From an uncultured bacterium (lineage in GTDB: Bacteria > Oederibacteriota > JAAXVQ01 > JAUVAV01), in assembly GCA_963710755.1 (NCBI GenBank), contig CAVQBK010000001.1, forward strand, positions 32,001 through 96,000: a stretch of 64,000 bases of DNA, in the 5' to 3' direction. A program made the position numbers and the translations under genes. Below the pieces are notes generated by a model. The model was not told the DNA's origin. It did no database searches and saw only the letters and a program-made list of their open reading frames with translations. Positions within the stretch are counted from its first letter, which is position 1, and each line of letters opens with the position of its first letter. Shown here in pieces: positions 1-8,385 of the stretch.

Positions 1-2
1 AA

Positions 3-125
3 TGGATGAGTTTGGATTGGGATATTGGTTATGCCATTGCGCTTGAAGATAGGGACGTTATCATGGCCACGGACAATCAACTCCTCAACAATGCCGACAT
101 CGGCGTGACCATTCATCTTCCCTAA
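3..125 (+). CDS. 3' end of a gene entering from the left; probable outer-membrane beta-barrel C-terminus
   Basis: Open frame WMSLDWDIGYAIALEDRDVIMATDNQLLNNADIGVTIHLP* ending TAA 123-125; alternating hydrophobic pattern typical of beta-strands. Confidence 0.5.
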   Translation, partial: WMSLDWDIGYAIALEDRDVIMATDNQLLNNADIGVTIHLP

Positions 126-765
126 ATAGTAAGACGGAATAATCGGGAAACCGGAAATTATGATTTGACGGTCCCACCAATTCTTGGAAAAATAGCCCGG
201 TATAATGCGCTATGAAAGATATCAAGAAAAAACAGGGTAATAACTTTTCTCGAAGTTGGGATCATGATATAATCGATATTTTAAGGACACATGCTCAATA
301 ACGCTGATGAAATGAAAATAAATAACACCTAAGCTACTGTTTATATGCAGGTGCAATTATCTCTTTGGAGAGATTGATTAAAGGGCAAGCAGGTGCGGTT
401 AGGATTGGAAGTTAAAGCAGGTCAGTCGGGCTTAAATGTTTTTAAGGCTATTTACTTCGAGATAAAATAAATCTGGAATCAACCGACTAGTAGAGGGATG
501 ATGACAGGTAAAGTACGCTAGAGAAAGGTTGTGATCTATTCTCACACCGGTTGAGGGTGATTTTGCTGTGGCTTGGTCTGTCGTCCTGTTAAAAGTAATT
601 GAGTAGAAAAGTTGTAGTCTTGACTTTAAATAGACGAGGGCGGGGCTTTTGTTTGTTGGAATAGTATGGTATAGTACAATTATACAGAAAAAAATATTCA
701 AGATACAGCCATGGAGGGCGATGCTAATGATATAAACTATCACACGTTTTTCTCGGGGGGGAGAA

Positions 766-1773
766 ATGGCATCTGAGACACTTTTAACACCTGTGGTTAA
801 ATCAACACCCAGACCTTCGGCAAGTCCTGCCTTACCATCTGATCTAAAACCAAGTGCGTTGTCCATTGACGTCACCAATGCCTGTAATCTGAAATGTAAA
901 CATTGCTTTTGGGATTCTTATGAACATGCATCATGTATGAATCCCAACTTGCTTAACCATATAAAGGAAACACTGGACGCCTTTCCTTCAATCACCAATA
1001 TTACCTGGTATGGTGGTGAACCTCTGTTAAATGAGAAAACAGTATCTATTCTTTGGGAAGGAATGAAATTTCATCAAAAGAATAATTTGGTCATTACCAA
1101 TGGCACCAACTTTATCCCTGACTTTGGCGAAAACATTCACGTTGGACTCTCTCTGGATGGGATCAAATCGATAAACGATGATATCCGCGGCCAGGGAGTG
1201 TACGAGAAGGCTAAAGCCAATGCTTTAAACGCGATCAGACGCGGTACACCGATGGCCATTATTTATTGTGTGAATTCAATGAATATCGACTGTATCCCAG
1301 AATTTGTAGAGGAATGGTCCGAAACACCTATTAATGGAGTGATTTTCACTTATTATGCACCTATGAAAAATAAACACTCTGAATTGATAGTCAAAGATAA
1401 ACAAAAATATGTTTTGGTTTCTATGCTGAATGAATTGAAGATGAGATATAAAAAGTTTATTTACAATTCACCATTGATGATTGAAATGTTAAAGCCGAAG
1501 TATAATAAGGTCCTTGCCCAAAATTGCCCCATGAATATTCACAATAAAAATGGACGGTGCCATTCTATACACATGAATCATGACGGCTCGATAAGAAAAC
1601 CCTGTGCGCTGGGACCATATGCAGATTGTTTCCAGTGCAGATCCATAACCAAAATGGCAATATACACCGGCATCTATAAAAGAGACAAAGAATCTTTAGA
1701 TACACTCTTCGAACTCTATCACACTAAGAAACATAAAGCCAGGCATCAGACGCGGATGCAATTATTTAATTAA
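766..1773 (+). CDS. Radical SAM enzyme with C-terminal Cys-rich (twitch/SPASM-like) extension
   Basis: CxxxCxxC motif CNLKCKHC, YGGEPLL, ITNGT, SLDG...NDDIRGQG; C-terminal CPM..CHS..PCALG..CFQC. Confidence 0.92.
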   Translation: MASETLLTPVVKSTPRPSASPALPSDLKPSALSIDVTNACNLKCKHCFWDSYEHASCMNPNLLNHIKETLDAFPSITNITWYGGEPLLNEKTVSILWEGMKFHQKNNLVITNGTNFIPDFGENIHVGLSLDGIKSINDDIRGQGVYEKAKANALNAIRRGTPMAIIYCVNSMNIDCIPEFVEEWSETPINGVIFTYYAPMKNKHSELIVKDKQKYVLVSMLNELKMRYKKFIYNSPLMIEMLKPKYNKVLAQNCPMNIHNKNGRCHSIHMNHDGSIRKPCALGPYADCFQCRSITKMAIYTGIYKRDKESLDTLFELYHTKKHKARHQTRMQLFN

Positions 1774-1831
1774 TTGATAATCCTTTGGGCCGACACTAAA
1801 GATACTAATACTCCGGCCTGAAGGAAATGCA

Positions 1832-3988
1832 ATGGACCAATATGCAATTGCTCAATATACTAATGCTTTGTTTATGTTGGTGGTGGGGTTCTATGTACTG
1901 ATTAAAAACCCTGCAAGCTTGGTAAATCGTATTTTTTTTCTGCATAACATGGCTGTCATGGTATGGAGCTTTTCTTTTGCCAAAATGGCTACTGCCCAAA
2001 GCCCTGCTGCTGGATTAATCTGGTCCAAAATGCTGCATGTGGGGGCTATGTTCATCCCTTCACTTTTATTGCACTTGTTTCTCCTCGTTACCGACAGGGC
2101 CCGTACGGTCAAACCACTAATAATCTCCTGTTATATTATTAGCGCGGTCATGGTCGCCTTGCTGCCAACCAACTTACTTATTGATCATACTATCAATGTT
2201 GTTGGTTTCAAATTCTTTGTGGGACCGACCGGTATTTGGTATCATTTTTTTCCTTTGTTTTTCGCCAGCTGTGTTTCGTACGCTTTTGTTCAGCTAATTA
2301 GTGCTTATAAAAAAGCCGAAGGCCTTAAGAAAAAACAATTGAAATATTTAATTATAGGCGCAGCTTTCGGTTATCTTAGCGGGCCTGGCGGATTTTACCC
2401 CCTTTACAATATTCGCATACCACAATATTCTTTTTATGGCGTAAGTATATTTGTTGGTATAGTTGCCTATGCTGTAGTGAGATATCGCCTATTTGATTCT
2501 GAAAAGATAGTTAAAACTGCAGCACGACATTTAGTGATTTTATCCATCAACACATTGGTGGTGTTCATCACCAGTACCCTTTACTCCAAATTCACTCATG
2601 CTCAAACTGATATCTATTTGATGAGTATTGTCGTGGCGGTTACGACAAGTGTATTTGTACTTGCTTTTAACCGGATGTATTATATGGATCGATGGGCTGA
2701 TAAATTTTTCAATAAGGATCAAACCAAAATTTATCATGCCATCAATAACATCCAGCAGCATATTAAAAGCCTTCATGATCAGAACGCTATCTTCGACCAC
2801 GTATTGAAATCATTGGGGAGCGAATTGGAAAATGTTGACATTTATCTGAAGGAAAGAAAAGAGGGGAATTATCACTCGGTCGTGGCCAACAATTATGAGC
2901 AAGGGCTGGATAAACGGGATGCTCTTATTAGAATTCTTGAAAAAAATGTGACTATTGTAGAAACCGATGAGTTGATCTATTTTGATCAGCAAAGTCATAG
3001 TCAGGATAAATTAGAATTGGTTGCTGGACTTCAAAAACTGAATGTGGCCTTAGCTATTCCAATGGCCATAGACCATAAAATGATAGGAGTACTATTGTTG
3101 GGGCGCCCGAAGAATAGACTGGGTTTCGCCGAAAGGGAAATAATAGAATTGGACAACCTTGCCTTTCAGTTGGCGTTGAGTGTTGAAAATTATCGATTGT
3201 ATGAAAAAATGATCAATGATAACAAAATGGAACTAATCGGCACCATGGCCGCATCTTTTGCCCATGAGATCCGCAATCCCCTGACCGGTGCGGCCACTTA
3301 TTTGGAACTATTGCCGGAAAAACTGGATAAGCCAGAGTTCGTAAAAAAATTCTTAGATGTGGTGCCCCGGGAAATAAAACGGGTCATGCAATTGACCACT
3401 GATCTGCTGAATTTTTCCAAAAGCGGTACCCTTAAAACTGAGCCAGTCAAGCTCAAATCCCTGGTGGAACGGTGTCTTGAATTGTTGAAAGCCCAACTGG
3501 CGGTGAAGCAACTGCGTGTTGACCTGGTGGCCCCCACCGATGGGGATATCGAAGCAGATTCCAACCAACTTTACCAGGTCATTCTTAATGTCATGATCAA
3601 TGCCATACATGCTTCTCATGAAGGCCAAACCATTTCCATAGCCATCCATACCAAGGAGATGCAGGCCATAGTATCCATTGTAGATAAAGGGGAGGGCATC
3701 TCGGCCGACAACTTGCAGAAAATTTTTGAGCCCTTTTTCTCCACCAGAATCTATGGTACTGGACTGGGTTTGGCAACCTGCAAACGAATCGTGGAGGGAC
3801 ATGGCGGCAAAATCAAAGTTCAAAGCGAAAAAAAGAAGGGCAGTACCTTTGAAATTATTCTGCCGCGCCAAGTGTCGCCAGAATTGGAAATCGCGGCCAA
3901 AGCTCAATTTTCTGTGAATTCCTCCGAACCTACTTTTAGCACCGACTCCGAAAAGGCCGGTAATTCATACCATCTGGAGGCCCTATAA
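1832..3988 (+). CDS. Sensor histidine kinase: N-terminal 7TM (HisKA_7TM-like) region, GAF, HisKA, HATPase
   Basis: Multiple TM helices in first ~280 aa; GAF-like LAIPM..IGVLLLG; H-box AHEIRNPL, N-box NVMINA, G boxes DKGEGI / GTGLGL. Confidence 0.93.
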   Translation: MDQYAIAQYTNALFMLVVGFYVLIKNPASLVNRIFFLHNMAVMVWSFSFAKMATAQSPAAGLIWSKMLHVGAMFIPSLLLHLFLLVTDRARTVKPLIISCYIISAVMVALLPTNLLIDHTINVVGFKFFVGPTGIWYHFFPLFFASCVSYAFVQLISAYKKAEGLKKKQLKYLIIGAAFGYLSGPGGFYPLYNIRIPQYSFYGVSIFVGIVAYAVVRYRLFDSEKIVKTAARHLVILSINTLVVFITSTLYSKFTHAQTDIYLMSIVVAVTTSVFVLAFNRMYYMDRWADKFFNKDQTKIYHAINNIQQHIKSLHDQNAIFDHVLKSLGSELENVDIYLKERKEGNYHSVVANNYEQGLDKRDALIRILEKNVTIVETDELIYFDQQSHSQDKLELVAGLQKLNVALAIPMAIDHKMIGVLLLGRPKNRLGFAEREIIELDNLAFQLALSVENYRLYEKMINDNKMELIGTMAASFAHEIRNPLTGAATYLELLPEKLDKPEFVKKFLDVVPREIKRVMQLTTDLLNFSKSGTLKTEPVKLKSLVERCLELLKAQLAVKQLRVDLVAPTDGDIEADSNQLYQVILNVMINAIHASHEGQTISIAIHTKEMQAIVSIVDKGEGISADNLQKIFEPFFSTRIYGTGLGLATCKRIVEGHGGKIKVQSEKKKGSTFEIILPRQVSPELEIAAKAQFSVNSSEPTFSTDSEKAGNSYHLEAL

Positions 3989-5511
3989 TGAAACGCTTTT
4001 GGCTGATGAGCACAATGCTCTTGATGGCGCTTAGCCTGACCGCTTGCCAGGGACAACCTGGTAAAAATATTATGCGCCAGCTACATACTGAGAAATTAGG
4101 CGTCATGAAGGCGGAAAATTTTGAAAGTCTGAATGCCGCGGCGGACAATAAAATTGCCGGGTTTCTGGTTAAAGACAGTAATAAGCAATATGCAGTTATT
4201 AATGGGGAAAAACAAAAAACGTACCAAGAAGTTGCCCTCTTGTTGTTTAGTCCCGCAGGGAAACGGTCCATGTATGGAGCCAGAGTAGGGAAGAAGTGGT
4301 GCATTGTTCTCGATGGCCGTCAAGGTCCGCTATACGATGCAGTGCTGGGGCCGGATTTTAGTCCTGATGGCAAGAAAGCAGTGTACATCGGCGAATCCAA
4401 CAAAAAACAACACCTGCTCGTTAACGGCGTTCCCGGCCCGGGGTACGATCACATTTGGCCGGTCCAGTTCAGCCAAAACAGCGCCACCATGATTTATTTG
4501 GCCAGGAAAGGTCACAAGAAAACCGTGGTCATCAATGGCCGACCTGGACCTTGGGTGGATGAAGTAGGCCCGCCGGTAATGAGCGCAGACGGCCAAACCG
4601 TAGCTTACCGGGCTGAGAAAAATAAAAAATACATGGTGGTCATCAATCATAATCCGGGAAAGGCCTATGCGCTCTTGGGGAACCCTGTGATCAGTGCCGA
4701 TGGCACCAAAGTGGCCTACGCGGTCATTATAGGCGAGCTGGCTGAAGAAGCCGTGGTGGCTAACAATGAGCTGGGGCCGAAATTCATGGGTGCTATTGAA
4801 AAAGACAGCCTGACCTTCAGTCCTGATGGGAAACGAATTGCCTATATTTTAGAGGAAAAACATAAGCAAAAGGTTGTGGTGGACGGCAAGCCCGGTAAGC
4901 CTTTTGACCGTATTGTCACAGGCTCGATTACTTTCAGCCCGGACAGCAAACAGGTGGCTTATGCCGGTGAAAATGATGTGAAAAAAATGAAAACCAAAAA
5001 GGATGTTATGGTGGTGTCAGGGGAAAAGGAAAGCGAACCCTTTGTGGAATCCCAAAAATTGTTTTTCAGCCCCGATAGTAAAAACTTTTATTTTTTGGTT
5101 AAAAATCTGGATGACAAAAACCTGTTATTTAAAAATTGGAAAAAGATTAAAACCAGCGACGCTATTGTTAGGCCCACGTTCAGTCCGGACGGCAAGAAGT
5201 TTGCCTATGTGTCCGGCAAGGCCGGTAAAGGCCTGGTAGTGGTCATTAATGGACGCAAGCATAAGGTTTATGACGACATCTGGCCCATTAATTTCAGCCC
5301 CACCGGGGCCTACCTATATTATGTGGGGACCCGGGATAACAAACGCAGGGTGATTATTAATGGTAATGAAGGCGAGCCTTATGATGATATTATCAATGGC
5401 AACATCAAATTCATTGGGGAAAACCGGATTAGCTACGCTGCATTAAAGAAAAACCAAGATGATCAATTTGACATTGTTTACGTGGAAGAAACCGTGAAAA
5501 TCAACAAATAA
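3988..5511 (+). CDS. Lipoprotein with TolB/PD40-like beta-propeller repeats
   Basis: Lipobox LSLTA-C; about nine FSPDGK-type repeats; TAATG overlap with the kinase stop codon. Confidence 0.8.
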   Translation: MKRFWLMSTMLLMALSLTACQGQPGKNIMRQLHTEKLGVMKAENFESLNAAADNKIAGFLVKDSNKQYAVINGEKQKTYQEVALLLFSPAGKRSMYGARVGKKWCIVLDGRQGPLYDAVLGPDFSPDGKKAVYIGESNKKQHLLVNGVPGPGYDHIWPVQFSQNSATMIYLARKGHKKTVVINGRPGPWVDEVGPPVMSADGQTVAYRAEKNKKYMVVINHNPGKAYALLGNPVISADGTKVAYAVIIGELAEEAVVANNELGPKFMGAIEKDSLTFSPDGKRIAYILEEKHKQKVVVDGKPGKPFDRIVTGSITFSPDSKQVAYAGENDVKKMKTKKDVMVVSGEKESEPFVESQKLFFSPDSKNFYFLVKNLDDKNLLFKNWKKIKTSDAIVRPTFSPDGKKFAYVSGKAGKGLVVVINGRKHKVYDDIWPINFSPTGAYLYYVGTRDNKRRVIINGNEGEPYDDIINGNIKFIGENRISYAALKKNQDDQFDIVYVEETVKINK

Positions 5512-5687
5512 GACGATCGCGTCCAATATAGTCGACCAAGGTTAGCAGCAATGAGCCTTGTCCCTTGGTTATCTGTAATAAATTGTTCTTGATCAGATGT
5601 AATGCCCTGGATTTTTGGCAAGACCGGTTCATTTTCTTGTGCTTTTCCCATGTTGGTTGCCTTCCCTGAGGAAATCGCTAAAAATGT

Positions 5688-5715
5688 TTGACAAACAAAG
5701 ATATTTACGTAAAAT
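5688..5715 (+). promoter_or_regulatory. Sigma70-type promoter of the tRNA cluster
   Basis: TTGACA-16 nt-TAAAAT about 30 nt upstream of tRNA-His. Confidence 0.7.
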
Positions 5716-5746
5716 GATGATCCGCCAAAGCAATAGGTCTTTTGAT

Positions 5747-5824
5747 GGTGGACGTAGCTCAGTTGGTTAGAGCGCAGGGTTGTGGTCCCTGAGGTCGCGG
5801 GTTCGAGTCCCGTCGTCCACCCCA
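5747..5824 (+). tRNA. tRNA-His (GTG)
   Basis: G-1, acceptor GTGGACG/CGTCCAC, anticodon arm CAGGG-TTGTGGT-CCCTG, GGTTCGA T-loop, encoded CCA. Confidence 0.97.
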
Positions 5825-5961
5825 GGAGCCCTTGAGGCAAGCCTGTTTGCCAATGGGCTGAGGATGGATGGGTTGAAGTCGATTATGCGGATGCAGAAAG
5901 CCCAAAGCCTGTTTCGCCGAATCCATATGACCTTTCTTCCGACCTGCACGATTGATTTAAA

Positions 5962-6037
5962 GCGCCTGTAGCTCAGTGGATAGAGCAACGGCCTCCGGAG
6001 CCGTGTGTCGGACGTTCGATTCGTCTCAGGCGCACCA
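5962..6037 (+). tRNA. tRNA-Arg (CCG)
   Basis: Acceptor GCGCCTG/CAGGCGC, anticodon arm ACGGC-CTCCGGA-GCCGT, encoded CCA. Confidence 0.96.
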
Positions 6038-6040
6038 AGC

Positions 6041-6175
6041 CTCCCGCCTCAGGCGCGAGGCCGAGAAGTTGAGAATCGAAAATTGAGAATCGGAAAAACC
6101 AACTTCGGCTGACGTCTTGTCCTGTTGTTGACGGAATCGATTTTTGTTTTTTTAAAACCCCGCCTCCGGCGGGAT
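6041..6175. repeat. Palindromic spacer elements between tRNA-Arg and tRNA-Lys
   Basis: Two CCCGCCTC(A/C)GGCG units; inverted repeat GCCGAGAAGTTG/CAACTTCGGC enclosing tandem TTGAGAATCG x2. Confidence 0.5.
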
Positions 6176-6203
6176 GGATTTTCCATTTGGGATTATCAAG
6201 CTT

Positions 6204-6279
<76 letters not shown>

Positions 6280-6372
6280 CTTTTCATCGATCCTAGCCAT
6301 GATCCTGTGGCAAGGTGACCCACAAACACCGAATAGTAATAATGAGATCACCAGTATAAAGGGAGGTATAGG

Positions 6373-6455
6373 GCGAGGGTGGTGAAATTGGCAGACACGC
6401 TAGACTTAGGATCTAGTGCTTCGGCATGTGGGTTCGAGTCCCACCCCTCGCACCA
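6373..6455 (+). tRNA. tRNA-Leu (TAG)
   Basis: Acceptor GCGAGGG/CCCTCGC, anticodon arm CTAGA-CTTAGGA-TCTAG, long variable arm TGC-TTCG-GCA, encoded CCA. Confidence 0.96.
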
Positions 6456-6463
6456 AAAGAACC

Positions 6464-7747
6464 ATGATTAAAGTTGACGTCAATGAACAAAGTGAAACTA
6501 CCAAAGTATTAAGTATCGAAGTACCTCAGGATGAGGTTTCTTCTGTTTTCAACCAGGTGACCGCCAAAGTCCGTCAAAAAGCCAAATTGCCCGGCTTTCG
6601 TAAGGGTAAGATCCCTGTGGACATAATTGAAAAAAACTATGCCCGCGAAATCCATGAAGAAGTACTGGACAAGTTGTTTTCTTTGTCCTACCCCTATGCA
6701 CTGGATCAAACCAAGCTGATGCCCATTATTCGTCCCAAGGTTGATAAAGTGGAACTGGATAAGCATAAACCGCTTACCTATCAAGTAACGGTGGAAGTCC
6801 TCCCGAATGTCAAATTGGGCAACTATAAAGGGCTTAAGCTTAAAGCCAATAAGGTGGAGATTAAGGATAAGGAAATTGACGAGGTTCTGGAAAATCTGCG
6901 GCAACACCATGCCACGTTGGAGCAAGCGCCGGACCGGGTCAGTCAGAAAGGCGATGTGGTCACGGTGGATTTCAGCGGTGAAAAAGACGGTGAGCCCGTG
7001 CCCGGCACCAAGGCCCAGGATTACCGGATCGAATTGGGCGCCAACCAGACCATCCCCGATTTTGAGGAAAACCTGGTGGGCATGAAAAAAGAGGAAACCA
7101 AGACCTTTGATGCAGTCTTTCCTAAAGACTACCATGCTCCTGAAATGGCCGGTCAAACCATTGCTTTTACAGTGACCGTGAAGGAGATTCAAGAGAAGAA
7201 ATTGGCGGAACTTAATGATGAATTTGCCAAGGATATGGGGAAGTTTGAAAGCTTGCAGGCGCTGAAAGACCGAATCAGGGAAGATCTGAAAGTGGAAAAA
7301 GAACGGCAAAATCGAATTTTGCTTAGCGATCAGATCAGCAAAGAACTTTCCAAATCGACCACGGTCAAAGTACCGGATGTGCTGATAGAACGTTCCCTGG
7401 ACAAAATGTTGATGGATTATGAGACACGCCTGCAACGGCAAGGTAAAACCCTGGAGACCACGGGCACTACGGCCGAGGGCTTCAAACAACAAAACCGCCA
7501 GCAAGTGGAGTTGGAATTAAAAGCCCAATTGGCGCTGCGTGAAATTGGCCAAGTCGAGAATATTGAAGTCAGTGAAGAGGAATTGAATCAAGAAGTTGAA
7601 AAAATGGCCATGGCGGCACGGCGGCCATTACATGACTATAAAGCCTATCTGGATAAAAACGATGCGTGGGAAGACATCCGGGGCCAAATAAGAGATTCAA
7701 AAGTTATTGACCTTGTCATCGAACATGCTAAAATCAGCTACAATTAA
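6464..7747 (+). CDS. tig: Trigger factor
   Basis: Signature PGFRKGKIP; FKBP domain; start moved to ATG 6464 because the longer ORF runs into tRNA-Leu; precedes clpP-clpX-lon. Confidence 0.97.
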   Translation: MIKVDVNEQSETTKVLSIEVPQDEVSSVFNQVTAKVRQKAKLPGFRKGKIPVDIIEKNYAREIHEEVLDKLFSLSYPYALDQTKLMPIIRPKVDKVELDKHKPLTYQVTVEVLPNVKLGNYKGLKLKANKVEIKDKEIDEVLENLRQHHATLEQAPDRVSQKGDVVTVDFSGEKDGEPVPGTKAQDYRIELGANQTIPDFEENLVGMKKEETKTFDAVFPKDYHAPEMAGQTIAFTVTVKEIQEKKLAELNDEFAKDMGKFESLQALKDRIREDLKVEKERQNRILLSDQISKELSKSTTVKVPDVLIERSLDKMLMDYETRLQRQGKTLETTGTTAEGFKQQNRQQVELELKAQLALREIGQVENIEVSEEELNQEVEKMAMAARRPLHDYKAYLDKNDAWEDIRGQIRDSKVIDLVIEHAKISYN

Positions 7748-7789
7748 ATTTTAAGACCGTACGGTATAAGCTAGCGAGGAGGACGAGAA

Positions 7790-8371
7790 ATGTCTTTGAT
7801 TCCCATGGTCATCGAACAAACCCAGCGCGGGGAGAGGGCCTATGATATTTATTCCCGCTTATTAAAGGAGCGCATCATTTTTTTAGGCACGCCCATCAAT
7901 GATGATGTGGCCAATGTGGTGATCGCTCAACTCCTGTTTTTGGAATCGGAAGAACAGAAGGAAATATCCATGTACATCAACAGCCCCGGGGGAGTCGTCT
8001 CGGCCGGCTTGGGCATTTACGATACCATGCAGTATATCAAATCACCGGTCTCCACGCTTTGCGTGGGACAAGCCGCCTCCATGGGGGCGGTATTGTTGGC
8101 TGCCGGTGCGCCCGGTAAACGCTATGCTTTACCCAATGCCCGCATAATGCTTCACCAAGGGTCGGGAGGCTTTCAGGGCAGCATGCCTGATATTCACATC
8201 CAGGCCAAGGAAATTGAACGGATTCAGGAACAAATGAATAAAATTTTAGCTAAGCATTGCAACCAGCCGGAAGATAGAATTATCAAGGATACAGATAGAG
8301 ATTTCTTTATGTCCGCTTTGGAAGCGCAAACATATGGTGTCATTGATGATGTTATGCAGGTTGGGGTTTAA
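7790..8371 (+). CDS. clpP: ATP-dependent Clp protease proteolytic subunit
   Basis: [48 protein letters not shown]. Confidence 0.98.
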   Translation: MSLIPMVIEQTQRGERAYDIYSRLLKERIIFLGTPINDDVANVVIAQLLFLESEEQKEISMYINSPGGVVSAGLGIYDTMQYIKSPVSTLCVGQAASMGAVLLAAGAPGKRYALPNARIMLHQGSGGFQGSMPDIHIQAKEIERIQEQMNKILAKHCNQPEDRIIKDTDRDFFMSALEAQTYGVIDDVMQVGV

Positions 8372-8385
8372 GCGAGGAGGACCAT

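Noticed and set aside
432-878. 148-aa minus-strand ORF
   Set aside because: Overlaps the radical SAM start antisense, has no motif, and lies in an AT-rich leader
5478-5988. ORFs 5478-5840, 5767-5988 and 5780-5971
   Set aside because: They are translations of tRNA-His/Arg genes and spacers
6509-7504. 331-aa antisense ORF (and many similar shadow ORFs throughout)
   Set aside because: Antisense shadows of well-supported genes such as tig; no independent motifs
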